Assembly (NCBI GenBank): GCA_023129115.1
Contig: JAGMCR010000006.1
Coordinates: 1-49,290, forward strand
DNA: 49,290 nucleotides
Direction of reading: 5' to 3'
Source of the DNA: Candidatus Iainarchaeum sp.
GTDB taxonomy: Archaea; B1Sed10-29; WALL01
Within the stretch, counting starts at the first letter, position 1; the number at the start of each line of letters is the position of its first letter. Below the pieces are notes generated by a model that saw nothing but the letters and a program-made list of their open reading frames with translations, did no database searches and was not told the DNA's origin. Positions 10,381 through 20,183 of the stretch are shown one piece after another. The translations under genes were made by a program, and so were the position numbers.

Positions 10381-13289
10381 CAGTTATCCCCTCTCTTAAA
10401 CGTGTAGTACTTGGCATTCCTGTACGAGTCAAGGAAATTGGCTTCTTCCCTGAGCCAGTCCCCTATATCTTTTTCGATGTATATCCTGTCCCTCACGACC
10501 GAGTTGCCGTAGGCCTTGTGGAGCTCGCGCCAGATGCCAGCGGCGTGGAACTTGCCTTCCTTTGCCTCGAGCCCTACCGCGATTTGCTTCACGAGCTCTG
10601 TCTTGCGGCGCCTGCTGGCCGGGAACTTGAGGGGCATTGCAATGGGCTTCGGCACGGGCTTCTTTGCCGTCAGCCTGATTAGCCTGCGCACCTTTACCTT
10701 TGGCGCAGCAGAGATTATTATTGCTTTCTTTTTGTAGGCAAACACAGCCACCAAAAACAGCAGCAGCCCCCACGCGAACGGCCCCGTGGCAAGCCCAAGG
10801 AGCCCGGTGAAGTCCGCCTTCTCCGGCGCCGGTGATGGGACAGACGTTGGCTTTGGTGTGGGCGTTGGCGTGGGCACAATCGGCACAGCAGCAATCACTG
10901 GCGTGGGCTCTTCGTACCTGAGTTTTGGCACCCCCATCCCAAGCACCAATTCCTGCATTGTGTACTTCAGGACCTCGGTTTCTATAATATACTTTATAGA
11001 CACTGTTTCGCCTGCCAACACATTTCCGATGTGCAGCTGCAGCACGGGGTCTTCCTCGAGCACAGTATGCTCTGCTCCCTCGACCGTAATCTCCGAAGCG
11101 TGCTCTGCAAACCCCTTTGGAATCTCAATAGTGTATTCCACATTCCTGAGCTCTCCGCTGAACTCAACGTCTTCGGTTATGTACGTGTCAATCTCGCTGT
11201 ACTCGCTCGTGATGAACTTCGAGTCGTAGCCGAAGTCACGTGTGAGTGTTGCCACCCCCAAGTCAATTACGGGGGGCCACACAATTGTCTCGCCTGTGGA
11301 GTCAACGCTTTTGTCTTCTTCGGAGAGGCTTCCGCCTCCCCCTCCGCCACCCGGGTCGTTTTTATTTTTGTTTTTGAGTGCGCAGTCAACGCACTTTTTT
11401 CCTGCGGGCGCACTGCCGTCACACTTCTCTGCGCCCTCCACAATGCCGTTGCCGCAGTATGCGGCAACTATGGCCGTGGCGTTGCTGGCAGTCGCGTCGA
11501 TGCCGTCGCTGGCAGTTACCTCGCATACAAACTCGTCGCCGAAGGAAACATTCTTCCCTGAAACGATAGTTCCCGCGCTGCACAGCGTGGCATTGGTGCA
11601 GTTGACAGTAGAGTCCCACGCCGCCACATGCGCGCCGTTCTTGTGCCACCTGGCGGTTGCGGTGAAGCTGGCTTCCTCGATGTCGATTAGCTCCCAGCTG
11701 CAGGACAGGCTCGTGTTGCGGTAAGCCGGAGCAGTTATCGAGTGGCTCTCGAACCTGGGCGGGTAGTTCGCGATTATGATTGTGCCTGTTTTGGTTTCGG
11801 TGTCAATCCCGTCCGTCGCGTTTACCTTGTAACTCACATTGTCTCCGCGCGTGTAGCCGTATGCCTTGGGGAACGAAAATCCTGTGTTGGGAGTGAGTAT
11901 GCTATTCAGCCACCACTGCCACACCACAGTCAGCGTGTCATTGTCCAAGTTGTATATGTCGGCAGTAATCGCAACGTCCTCGTTCGAATAGTAGGATGGC
12001 TTCTCACTCAAGTCAATCACGGGCGGCGCGTTCACTATCGTCGTGGTGGCGTACTTCATCGGTGCACACTCGCCGACTTGATCACAAGCCCTGAAGCCAA
12101 ACTTGACAGTGTCGCCTACCGCGAAGCCGCCTTCGGAGGGGGAAAAAGTTGAAGAATTGTGCCAGTTGCCTTCAAGCATTGTTTCATTCTTCTTCGTCAC
12201 ACTGTTGACCCACCAAGTAAGCACAGAACCCTTTTGCGTGAAGTTGTCCACGTGCCCGTAGTCCCCAAACCCGGTCAGCGTTGTGATGCGGTACGGGCTC
12301 GTGGGCGTGATTGTGACGTTTTCGACGTATGGGCCGTATGACATGGTGAAGTTGCCTGTGGCGGCTTCGGAGCAGTCCCAGTCATAGTCGTCGCACACGA
12401 ACATGTAATATTTGTTGGTCTCATTCTCGGTGCCTGTGAGCGTGAAGGAGCAGCTTATCGAGTTTGGCGCGGTCATCCAGCCGCTTGTTTGGCACCACGT
12501 GCCGTTGTCGCACGTGCCGTTGCTGATGTAGCTGGTGTTGCACACGCGGAGCTTTCCATAGTCGCCGTCCGTGTCGTTCCAGGCAGTGACGTTGAACACA
12601 AGCTTGTTCCCTCCTTTTTTCAGCCCGCTCGGCCCGGTGAACGAGTCAATCACGGGAGCGTAGTTGTAGCTATATGTGAGGTTTATGGGTCGAAGTTCGT
12701 GGAACTGAGGCTGTGATGCGACGGAAGTCCAGCCACGACTCCCTCCAAGCTTCGCCTTAAGTTTCATCTCGCCGTCGGTTGCGTTAATGTATTTTGCCGC
12801 GGTCGCGCCGGAAAAACCCTTGGTGTCTGTGTGCGCATTTATCTTGGCTGTGATTGGAACGGCGGTGGTCCACCCGCCGGTATCGTAATTCTTGACCTTG
12901 GCGTAACCACTGGTCCCCCATCCGGAACTGATACCTTTGGTCTTCGCCTCAAAAAAGACCCCGGCCACATCCCGCTCATCTGGATCGCCTTTCAACGGCC
13001 AGTCAAGCGTGACCCACGAGATAAGCGTGACCTGGGCATAGCCCCCGTTGTTTTGTACGTACTTGTAGGTACTCATGCTTTTGTCGAACGCCTTGAGCTT
13101 GTTGTTGCAATCACACGTATACGCACCGTTCGCCCAAGTGCACCGCGTGTCGCTCGTGTCGCAGCTGTAATTAACTGTCGAATAAGTAGCCGAGCTATAC
13201 GTCAAAGTCTCTTGATGCGGCCCACCCAGCGCGAATGCCGCGCTAAACAGGCACACTATAAATATCGCTACCGCAATGTCTCTCCCCAT
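10380..13289 (-). CDS. Large cell-surface glycoprotein with Ig-like repeats, Cys-rich motif, TM anchor and cytoplasmic tail
   Basis: Signal peptide from MGRDIAV with GAGGTGA SD upstream; many NxS/T sequons; [15 protein letters not shown]; C-terminal domain paralogous to the neighbouring protease. Confidence 0.8.
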   Translation of the reverse strand: MGRDIAVAIFIVCLFSAAFALGGPHQETLTYSSATYSTVNYSCDTSDTRCTWANGAYTCDCNNKLKAFDKSMSTYKYVQNNGGYAQVTLISWVTLDWPLKGDPDERDVAGVFFEAKTKGISSGWGTSGYAKVKNYDTGGWTTAVPITAKINAHTDTKGFSGATAAKYINATDGEMKLKAKLGGSRGWTSVASQPQFHELRPINLTYSYNYAPVIDSFTGPSGLKKGGNKLVFNVTAWNDTDGDYGKLRVCNTSYISNGTCDNGTWCQTSGWMTAPNSISCSFTLTGTENETNKYYMFVCDDYDWDCSEAATGNFTMSYGPYVENVTITPTSPYRITTLTGFGDYGHVDNFTQKGSVLTWWVNSVTKKNETMLEGNWHNSSTFSPSEGGFAVGDTVKFGFRACDQVGECAPMKYATTTIVNAPPVIDLSEKPSYYSNEDVAITADIYNLDNDTLTVVWQWWLNSILTPNTGFSFPKAYGYTRGDNVSYKVNATDGIDTETKTGTIIIANYPPRFESHSITAPAYRNTSLSCSWELIDIEEASFTATARWHKNGAHVAAWDSTVNCTNATLCSAGTIVSGKNVSFGDEFVCEVTASDGIDATASNATAIVAAYCGNGIVEGAEKCDGSAPAGKKCVDCALKNKNKNDPGGGGGGGSLSEEDKSVDSTGETIVWPPVIDLGVATLTRDFGYDSKFITSEYSEIDTYITEDVEFSGELRNVEYTIEIPKGFAEHASEITVEGAEHTVLEEDPVLQLHIGNVLAGETVSIKYIIETEVLKYTMQELVLGMGVPKLRYEEPTPVIAAVPIVPTPTPTPKPTSVPSPAPEKADFTGLLGLATGPFAWGLLLFLVAVFAYKKKAIIISAAPKVKVRRLIRLTAKKPVPKPIAMPLKFPASRRRKTELVKQIAVGLEAKEGKFHAAGIWRELHKAYGNSVVRDRIYIEKDIGDWLREEANFLDSYRNAKYYTFKRGDN

Positions 13290-13363
13290 CCTATTCACCT
13301 CGCATGGTAGAGCTACCACACTTAATAGTTAGACACTCTTCTAGTATTTAATTGATACGGTGG

Positions 13364-13405
13364 TTGTTTAAACAAAACTGGATAAATTGTCAATTTGTTT
13401 AAACA
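13364..13405. promoter_or_regulatory. Two TGTTTAAACA palindromes 31 bp apart (putative operator)
   Basis: Copies at 13365-13374 and 13396-13405 in the divergent promoter region, with AAATTG-T-CAATTT between them. Confidence 0.4.
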
Positions 13406-13472
13406 TTTCCAATTCACCCCAAAAACCATTTTATACTCCCCCCGTGTTTATTGTGACTGCGAGGTGTTGCGA

Positions 13473-14390
13473 GTGAAGCACGTAATGAATATCGACGACT
13501 TGTCCAAAGACGAAATACTATTGATTATCAACAAGGCCATTGAAATAAAGGCCAATCCCGAGAAATACGCCCAAGCCCTTGCGGGCAAAACGCTTTTGAT
13601 GATGTTCGAGAAGCCGAGCCTCCGAACGAGGCTATCCTTCGAGACCGGGTTCAACAAACTCGGCGGCCACGCCATTTTCTATTCGTTCAAGGACTCGCCC
13701 CTCGGCAAAAAAGAAAACATTTCCGACACCGCCAAGTGCGCGACGAGGTATGCCGACATAGTGATGATACGCGCCTACTCCCAACAGCAAATCCGCGAGT
13801 TCGCGGACAACAGCAGCGTCCCGGTCATCGACGCGCTGTCGGACAACGCGCACCCCTGCCAAATCCTCGCCGACCTGCAGACCATGAAGGAAAAAGGCAA
13901 GGACATAGAAAACATGAAGCTCTGCTACCTCGGCAACGGCAACAACAACGTTACCTTTGACTTGATGCGCGCAGCAGCGTTATTGGGTGCTACCTGTTAC
14001 GTAGGCTGCCCAGACGGAGAAGAATTCAACGTGCCCCAGCGCGTCATTGACGAGTGCGCGAAGCACCCTGGCAAAGTCGTGGTCACGCACGACGCGGCAG
14101 AGGCCGCGAAGGACGCGGACGTCGTCTACACAGATACGTGGGTGAACTACGGCGTGTCATTGGAAGAAATGGAGGCACGCGAAAAAGTCTTGCTGCCGTA
14201 CCAGGTAAACGCCGCAGCCATGGGCAACGCAAAGCCCGACGCGATTTTCATGAATTGCCTCCCCGCAATGCGCGAAAAAGAGCAGACAGCAGAAGTAATC
14301 GACGGCCCCCAGAGCGTAGTGTTCGACGAGGCAGAAAACAGGATGTGGGCACAAAACGCGCTGATGCTGCATTTGCTGGGAAAACTGTAA
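13473..14390 (+). CDS. argF: Ornithine carbamoyltransferase
   Basis: FEKPSLRTR, HPCQILAD, YTDTW, NCLP, FDEAENR; GTG start with GAGGTG SD. Confidence 0.92.
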   Translation: MKHVMNIDDLSKDEILLIINKAIEIKANPEKYAQALAGKTLLMMFEKPSLRTRLSFETGFNKLGGHAIFYSFKDSPLGKKENISDTAKCATRYADIVMIRAYSQQQIREFADNSSVPVIDALSDNAHPCQILADLQTMKEKGKDIENMKLCYLGNGNNNVTFDLMRAAALLGATCYVGCPDGEEFNVPQRVIDECAKHPGKVVVTHDAAEAAKDADVVYTDTWVNYGVSLEEMEAREKVLLPYQVNAAAMGNAKPDAIFMNCLPAMREKEQTAEVIDGPQSVVFDEAENRMWAQNALMLHLLGKL

Positions 14391-14398
14391 ACAACGTT

Positions 14399-14422
14399 GG
14401 GGGGCGCCAATTGGCGCCCCCC
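14399..14422. terminator. Perfect 24-bp palindrome between convergent genes (possible bidirectional terminator)
   Basis: GGGGGGCGCCAATTGGCGCCCCCC. Confidence 0.45.
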
Positions 14423-14454
14423 TAGTTTACGGAGATGGCGTGAAGTCGGTTGCC

Positions 14455-15180
14455 TTATTCTCCCGAAAAGATTTCGTTCGCTTTCTCGTAGCTCTCGAGG
14501 TCGCCGATGTCGTACCACAGGTCACTGAACACGTAGGCCTTGACCTCGGCTTTTTTGTGGAGCCACTCAAGGAAGAAGCCAGGCGCGTCCTTGGCGTTGC
14601 CTTCGCTCAAGTACTCCTTGAACAGCGGCAGCGTTTCCTTTGGATAGATATAAAACCCCGACGAAATGAGCGAAGTCTTCGGCTCGGCAGGCTTTTCCTC
14701 GAACCCAACGACGATGCCGTCCCTTGTCTCGACGACGCCGTACTTGTTAGCGGCTTTGGCTTTGTCCCCCAGGTCATACAGCGCCACCAGCGGGCGCCCG
14801 TCAAAGGCATTGACGAACCCGCTGAACTTCATTTCCGTCAGGTTGTCGCCGGCGACTATCATCAAGTCGTCGTCAATCCCATACGTCTCAATGAGCAGGC
14901 TAATCGCGCCGATTGAGCCCAGCTTTTCTTCCTCGCTCCTCGTCGGCTCCACCGCAAGCACGAGCCGCGCGTCGCTCTTCGACTCAATCCATTCCTGGAA
15001 CTGCTGCGCGAACAATTCGTTCGTCGAGACGTAAACCTTTTCCAGCTCCAGGCCCTCCAGCTCGCCCCAGATGTAGTCGACCATTGGCTTCCCGCCGACC
15101 GGGAGCAATGGCTTCGCCTTGTCCTTCGTCAGCGGCCAAAGCCTTTTCGCGTACCCGCCGGCCATTATTATTGCCTTCAT
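14455..15180 (-). CDS. Sugar-phosphate nucleotidyltransferase (NDP-sugar synthase family)
   Basis: MAGGYAKRLWPLTKDKAKPLLP, AGDN, FEEKP, WYDIG. Confidence 0.92.
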   Translation of the reverse strand: MKAIIMAGGYAKRLWPLTKDKAKPLLPVGGKPMVDYIWGELEGLELEKVYVSTNELFAQQFQEWIESKSDARLVLAVEPTRSEEEKLGSIGAISLLIETYGIDDDLMIVAGDNLTEMKFSGFVNAFDGRPLVALYDLGDKAKAANKYGVVETRDGIVVGFEEKPAEPKTSLISSGFYIYPKETLPLFKEYLSEGNAKDAPGFFLEWLHKKAEVKAYVFSDLWYDIGDLESYEKANEIFSGE

Positions 15181-15184
15181 CTAT

Positions 15185-15563
15185 TCACCAGTAGTTCGCG
15201 AGCTCTTTTCTGAGCAACAGGCTGACGCCGTCGTCGCCCATGACCCGGAACCCCACCGCCCTCGTAAGTCGCCTTCGCCGCGGCCATCTCCCCCCGCGCC
15301 ACGGTCAGAGTCACGTACGCGTTGTGGAACCGGTCCTTCGCCGCAAGCCGCGTGTTCGCCTCCTCCTCCAAATCGGCGACAGCCCTTTCCAGCAGTTCCT
15401 TGCCTATCCCCTTCTCTTGGTGCTCTTCCGGCACGCGCACGTGCAGGTTGGCCTGCTTGGCCGCCTTCCCCTCGACGAGGCACTCGTCCACTTTCATCCA
15501 CACGTGCGCCCCGCTGGAGTGCTCCCACCGGTTGCGCACGCGGTCATGGGGGATTTCAGCCAT
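15185..15563 (-). pseudogene. GNAT acetyltransferase with apparent single-base frameshift
   Basis: VPEEHQEKGIGKELL motif A; removing one G at 15259-15261 gives ATYEAVGFRVMG..LLLRKELANYW-stop. Confidence 0.6.
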
Positions 15564-15572
15564 GCAATCACT

Positions 15573-16829
15573 TTAAGTGCCTTCCCTCCAAGACGAGAGG
15601 TATTTTTTCTGCTCCTCGGTCAGCGTGTCAAAGCGTATTCCAACAGAGTCCAGGTAAATGCGCGCGACCCCGTCGTCGATTTCCTTCGGCAGCGAGTAAA
15701 CCCCAGGCTCCTTGCCCCTGAAGTTTTTGGCTATGTACTCCATCGCCAGAGCCTGGTTGCAGAAGCTGAAGTTCATGACTTCAGAGGGATGGCCCTCTGC
15801 CGCGGCGAGGTTGATGAGCCGGCCCTCGCCCAGGGCGTAAAGCTTTTTCCCGCCCAGCACGAATTCTTCCATGGACGGCCTTATCCGCCTCGAAGAAGAC
15901 GCTGTTTTCTTCAGGCCTTCGTAGTCGAACTCGTTGTGGAAGTGCCCGGAATTGGCCACGATGGCGCCGTCCTTCATGGACTTCATGTGGCCAAGGTTAA
16001 TCACGTGCTTGTCCCCCGTCACGGTCACGAATATGTCCCCAACTTTCGCGGCCTCGGCAATCGGCATCACCCTGAACCCGTCGAAATGCGCCTGCAGCGC
16101 ACGGAACGGAGACACCTCCGTGACGATTACGTTGGCGCCCATTCCCTTGGCGCGCATGGAGAGGCCCTTCCCGCAGTCGCCGTAGCCGCACACGACAAAG
16201 TTCTTTCCTGCAATCAAAATGTTCGTCGCGCGGATTACGCCGTCAATCGTTGACTGCCCGGTTCCATAGTAGTTGTCGAGCAGGTGCTTTGTGTCCTGGT
16301 CGTTGATGTTGATGATGGGCATCTTGAGCTCGCCCTGCTCGTGCATTGCCTTGAGCCGGATGATGCCCGTCGTGGTCTCCTCCGCCCCGCCGAGCACGTG
16401 CTCGAGCAGGTCCGGCCTCTTCGTGTGGATGATTGTCACCAGGTCCATGCCGTCATCAATCGTTATCGTCGGCTTCATGTCAAGGACTTTGTTAATGTAG
16501 TCGTAATACTCTTTCGTGTTCTCGCCCTTCTTGGCGAACACTTCGACGCCCTCTTCCGCGAGCGCGGCGGCGGCGTCGTCCTGCGTGCTGAGCGGGTTGC
16601 ACGACGCGATGGCGACGCTCGCACCGCCTTCCCTGAGCGTCCGCACCAAAACACCCGTCTCTTTCGTGACGTGCAGTGCCATGCCGATGCGCTGCCCCTC
16701 AAGCGGCTTTTCTTTGGCGAACCTCTCGCGTATCTTCATGAGGCCGGGCATCTGCGACTCGGCCAGCTCCAGGTTGTTCCTGCCCTGCCCCGCGAGGCTG
16801 GGGTCCTTTATTGCACTCATAGTCCTCAC
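15573..16829 (-). CDS. ahcY: Adenosylhomocysteinase
   Basis: SCNPLSTQD, DDGMDL, EETTTG, DNYYGTGQS, GEGRLINLAAAEGHPSEVM. Confidence 0.97.
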   Translation of the reverse strand: MRTMSAIKDPSLAGQGRNNLELAESQMPGLMKIRERFAKEKPLEGQRIGMALHVTKETGVLVRTLREGGASVAIASCNPLSTQDDAAAALAEEGVEVFAKKGENTKEYYDYINKVLDMKPTITIDDGMDLVTIIHTKRPDLLEHVLGGAEETTTGIIRLKAMHEQGELKMPIININDQDTKHLLDNYYGTGQSTIDGVIRATNILIAGKNFVVCGYGDCGKGLSMRAKGMGANVIVTEVSPFRALQAHFDGFRVMPIAEAAKVGDIFVTVTGDKHVINLGHMKSMKDGAIVANSGHFHNEFDYEGLKKTASSSRRIRPSMEEFVLGGKKLYALGEGRLINLAAAEGHPSEVMNFSFCNQALAMEYIAKNFRGKEPGVYSLPKEIDDGVARIYLDSVGIRFDTLTEEQKKYLSSWREGT

Positions 16830-16856
16830 TTGATGCTTTCTTTCTTTAAATGCTTT

Positions 16857-17738
16857 TCAGAACGAAGTCAGGCGGCGGATTGCCTCGCACCTCTCGCCCA
16901 CTGATTCCGGCGTGGCCTCCCTCAGCCTGTCCAGGCTGAAGCCCTCTGCGTTGAACGACGCAACAGCGCTCCCGTACACAATCGCCTCGCGCATCGTCTT
17001 GCCGGCGGCGAGGCACCCCATGACGCCACCCGCGAACGAGTCCCCGCACCCCGTGGGGTCCACGACTTGTTCCAGCGGATAAGCCTTGCACGAGAACACT
17101 TCACTGCCCTCGAAGAGCATCGAGCCCTGCGCGCCTCTCTTGATTATGACTTGCTTTGGGCCCATGCCCAAGAGCTCGGCACCAGCCCCCTCAAGGCCTT
17201 GCGCGCCGGTCAGCTGCAGGGACTCGGCGTCGTTGATGAAGAGTATGTCCGTGGCGGCAATGGCTTCCAGCAATTTTTCCCGCGTGTTGTTTATCCAGTA
17301 GTTCATGGTGTCCATCGCGACGACAGCACTCGTTTGCTTCATCAGCTCGAGCTGTATCTCCGGGTCGAAGTTCGTGACCAGCAAGTACTTCACGCCCAGG
17401 TACTGTGCCGGGATTTCTGCCCGGAACTGCGTGAGTGCGTTGAGGCGCGTGAATATGGTCTGCGCAGCGTTCATGTCCCCCTCGTACACCCCTTTCCAGT
17501 GGAACGTCTTGTCCTCGACGACCTGGAGGCCCGCGAGGTCCACGCCCTTGCTTTCCAGGACTTTGGTGTATTCTGCCGGGAAGTCAGCTCCAGCGACGCC
17601 AACGAGCCCTGTCCTGCAGAATAGGCTCGCGGCTACGCTGGAATAGCAGCCAGGGCCGCCCATTGCCTTCTCAACGCTTCCGTGCGGGGTCGAGACGTCG
17701 TCAAAAGCGACCAGCCCCGCCACCACTAGATCAACCAT
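16857..17738 (-). CDS. PfkB family sugar/nucleoside kinase
   Basis: GGPGCY, KRGAQGS, DPTGCGDSFAGG; located next to ahcY. Confidence 0.9.
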   Translation of the reverse strand: MVDLVVAGLVAFDDVSTPHGSVEKAMGGPGCYSSVAASLFCRTGLVGVAGADFPAEYTKVLESKGVDLAGLQVVEDKTFHWKGVYEGDMNAAQTIFTRLNALTQFRAEIPAQYLGVKYLLVTNFDPEIQLELMKQTSAVVAMDTMNYWINNTREKLLEAIAATDILFINDAESLQLTGAQGLEGAGAELLGMGPKQVIIKRGAQGSMLFEGSEVFSCKAYPLEQVVDPTGCGDSFAGGVMGCLAAGKTMREAIVYGSAVASFNAEGFSLDRLREATPESVGERCEAIRRLTSF

Positions 17739-17809
17739 GCAAATTTCTTTTAATTTTTGCATTTTTAAACCTATGCCTTATAAACCACTTGTGCCTTCTA
17801 TTGAAGCCA

Positions 17810-17965
17810 TGAGGGACTGGCTGTTCAAACCAACCCTTTTTCTGTTACAGGGCCGCTCGCTTGTCACAACCGAACATCCTGTGGGATGTCCGGTATGCTT
17901 GGTCCCTGAACGGTGGAAAAGCGTTGATGGAAAAGAGGTGTTTTTGTGAGGGACTGGCTCTTCAA
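17810..17965 (+). repeat. 19-nt direct repeat of a gene start (17810-17828 and 17947-17965) enclosing a long imperfect hairpin
   Basis: TGAGGGACTGGCT(G/C)TTCAA, 18/19 identical; inverted arms 17831-17854 and 17901-17926; apical stem 17869-17894. Confidence 0.75.
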
Positions 17966-18338
17966 GCAGTACTGGCGGATTAACCGCGCGAGGAACGTTT
18001 TGTCGCTGTTCTTCTGGATAGCGATGCTCGTGGGGATTTGGGTGCCGCTCATCCAAATAGTGGTGCCCATGCACAAGTGGGCCCTGTCAATAATGGTTGG
18101 CCTGCTCTGCCTCGCCGGCGCCCTCGTCATCGGCTACGCGTGGGACAAGATGGGCCTCTGGCAGAGCGAGACGCGCCAGATGGTCAAGCGCAACGTCGCG
18201 TACATCGAGCCCACGAAAAAGGAAAAAAACTATTTAATCCCGCTCCAGCTCGAGACAGCGCGCGCGGTCGCGAAGATGACGAATGACAAGAGGCTCGCCA
18301 AGCAAATCAAGGAAGTAGAGTCCTGGCTCAGCAAGTGA
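17946..18338 (+). CDS. Small membrane protein (2 TM), unknown function
   Basis: 130-aa ORF with two hydrophobic helices; GAGGTG SD at 17935-17940. Confidence 0.75.
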   Translation: MRDWLFKQYWRINRARNVLSLFFWIAMLVGIWVPLIQIVVPMHKWALSIMVGLLCLAGALVIGYAWDKMGLWQSETRQMVKRNVAYIEPTKKEKNYLIPLQLETARAVAKMTNDKRLAKQIKEVESWLSK

Positions 18339-18861
18339 TTACTCTTGTTTCGGTAACTATTTTTTTGACGGGGCAGTCGTGCCCCTCCGCCGGGATGTCC
18401 TCAATCACCTGCGCGTCGTACGCCAGGCCAATCGTGAACGCATTCGCCGCCGGCAAGAACCGGTCGTAATACCCGCCGCCGTAGCCGACGCGGTGGCCGC
18501 TCTCGTCGAACGCAATCCCGGGCACAACCACGAGGTCCAGCCCTGCGCTGCTTGGCTCTTTGTCCAATGGCTCCATGATGCCGTACTTGCCGGGCTCGAG
18601 GCCCTCCATTGACTGGATTTGTGCGTAGCCCATTTCGCCGCCTTCCACAAACGGCAAAAAAACTTTTTTTGTCTTCAGCGCGTCGCGAATGATTTTACAG
18701 GTGTCGACCTCGCTGCCTATCGAGAAATAGAGCAAAACGCTTTTCGCGCTTTGGTACTCCGGCTGCTGGAAAAGCCTTTTGGCAATTGCGCCGCTCTTGT
18801 CCACCGGGTCGTGGTTTTCGTCGCGGGCACAAAGCGCTTTTTTGCGTATCTCGTGCTTCAC
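18328..18861 (-). CDS. 5-formyltetrahydrofolate cyclo-ligase
   Basis: SEVDT, YGIMEP, VVPGIAFD..GHRVGYGGGYYDRFL. Confidence 0.95.
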   Translation of the reverse strand: MKHEIRKKALCARDENHDPVDKSGAIAKRLFQQPEYQSAKSVLLYFSIGSEVDTCKIIRDALKTKKVFLPFVEGGEMGYAQIQSMEGLEPGKYGIMEPLDKEPSSAGLDLVVVPGIAFDESGHRVGYGGGYYDRFLPAANAFTIGLAYDAQVIEDIPAEGHDCPVKKIVTETRVITC

Positions 18862-18937
18862 GCACTAAATAAGGACAAGAGTGTTATTAATTCATTCCCC
18901 ATTTCAGGCGGGGCCACGCGCGCCCGGCCCCCGTTTC

Positions 18938-20173
18938 TCACGCCTCGGTCTTGATGATGATGCCGCTGCCGACCACGTCCATGTCCCTCTCGAGGACGAA
19001 CCTGCCGATTCCAGGCGTCTCCTCGAAGCGCTCGATGGCCAGTGGCTTCTCGACCTTTATCACGGCCTCCGCGACCTCGGTCTCTTCAATGACGTCCACC
19101 CCGTCCGCATTAATGTCGAGGCTGGACGAGTTCATGCGCTTCAGCACGTCCACGGTGCACATGGCCTCTTCGGTCGCGCACTTTATCTTCAGGCGCTCGC
19201 CGTTCTGCATTGGCTTCTTGGAAATCCAGAAAATGTTTGCACGGAACTCCTGCGTGACCGGGGTCTCCTGGCCCTCGTGGACCAAGAGGTTCCCGCGCTC
19301 GATGAACAGCGCGTCCTCGGTAGTGATGCCAATGCTCTGGCCTGCCTCTGCCTGCTGCAGCTGTGCCTGCCAGACCTCGATGCTTTTTATTTTGGTCTTT
19401 TCCTTGCTGGGCAGCACTATTACAGTGTCGCCTGGAGCTATTTTTCCGGTCTCGACCCTGCCGACGAAAATCCTTTTTCCGTCGATTTTGTAGGCGTCCT
19501 GGATCGGGAACCGCATGGCCTGCTCGACTGGCGCGGGGGTCGGCTTGAACGAGTCAAGCGCCTCGAGCACGTTCTTGCCCGTGTACCACTCCATGTTCTC
19601 GCTGTGGCTCGCGACGTTGTCGCCCTTCTTCGCCGAAATTGGGATGTAGTACTCGGCGGTGATGCCCATGCCGCCGAGGAATTCGCTGAGCTCGGCCTTG
19701 ACTGCGCTGAACTTTTCCTCGCTCCAGTCCACTTTGTCCATCTTGTTCAGGACGGCCATGACCTGGCTAATCCCGAGCAGGTGAAGGATGTAGGCGTGCC
19801 TCTTTGTCTGCTCTTTCACGCCCTCGTTCGTGTCCACAATCAATACAGCCGCCTCGGCCTGTGACGCGCCGGTAATCATGTTCTTCAGGAACTCTTTGTG
19901 GCCGGGCGCGTCAATGATTACGTATTTTTTGTTCTCGTCCTCGAAAAAGGTCTGGGCAGTGTCGATTGTGATGTTCTGCTCCCTCTCTTCCTGCAAGTGG
20001 TCCATCAAGTACGCGAACTCGACTTCCTGGCCAGTCTTTTCGCACAGTGCCTCGATTTCTTCCATCTTGCCCTGGGGCAGCGACTTGGTGTCGTAGAACA
20101 ATCGCCCGATTAGCGTGGACTTGCCGTGGTCGATGTGCCCGACGAAAACAATGTTAAGGTCTTCTTTTTCCAT
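18938..20173 (-). CDS. cysN: Sulfate adenylyltransferase GTPase subunit (no fused CysC)
   Basis: [27 protein letters not shown]; directly downstream of cysD. Confidence 0.9.
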   Translation of the reverse strand: MEKEDLNIVFVGHIDHGKSTLIGRLFYDTKSLPQGKMEEIEALCEKTGQEVEFAYLMDHLQEEREQNITIDTAQTFFEDENKKYVIIDAPGHKEFLKNMITGASQAEAAVLIVDTNEGVKEQTKRHAYILHLLGISQVMAVLNKMDKVDWSEEKFSAVKAELSEFLGGMGITAEYYIPISAKKGDNVASHSENMEWYTGKNVLEALDSFKPTPAPVEQAMRFPIQDAYKIDGKRIFVGRVETGKIAPGDTVIVLPSKEKTKIKSIEVWQAQLQQAEAGQSIGITTEDALFIERGNLLVHEGQETPVTQEFRANIFWISKKPMQNGERLKIKCATEEAMCTVDVLKRMNSSSLDINADGVDVIEETEVAEAVIKVEKPLAIERFEETPGIGRFVLERDMDVVGSGIIIKTEA

Positions 20174-20183
20174 TCAAATCACC

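Noticed and set aside
18938-20173. EF-1alpha or SelB call
   Set aside because: Adjacent to cysD with CysN-type EREQNITID and domain layout; no other translation context.
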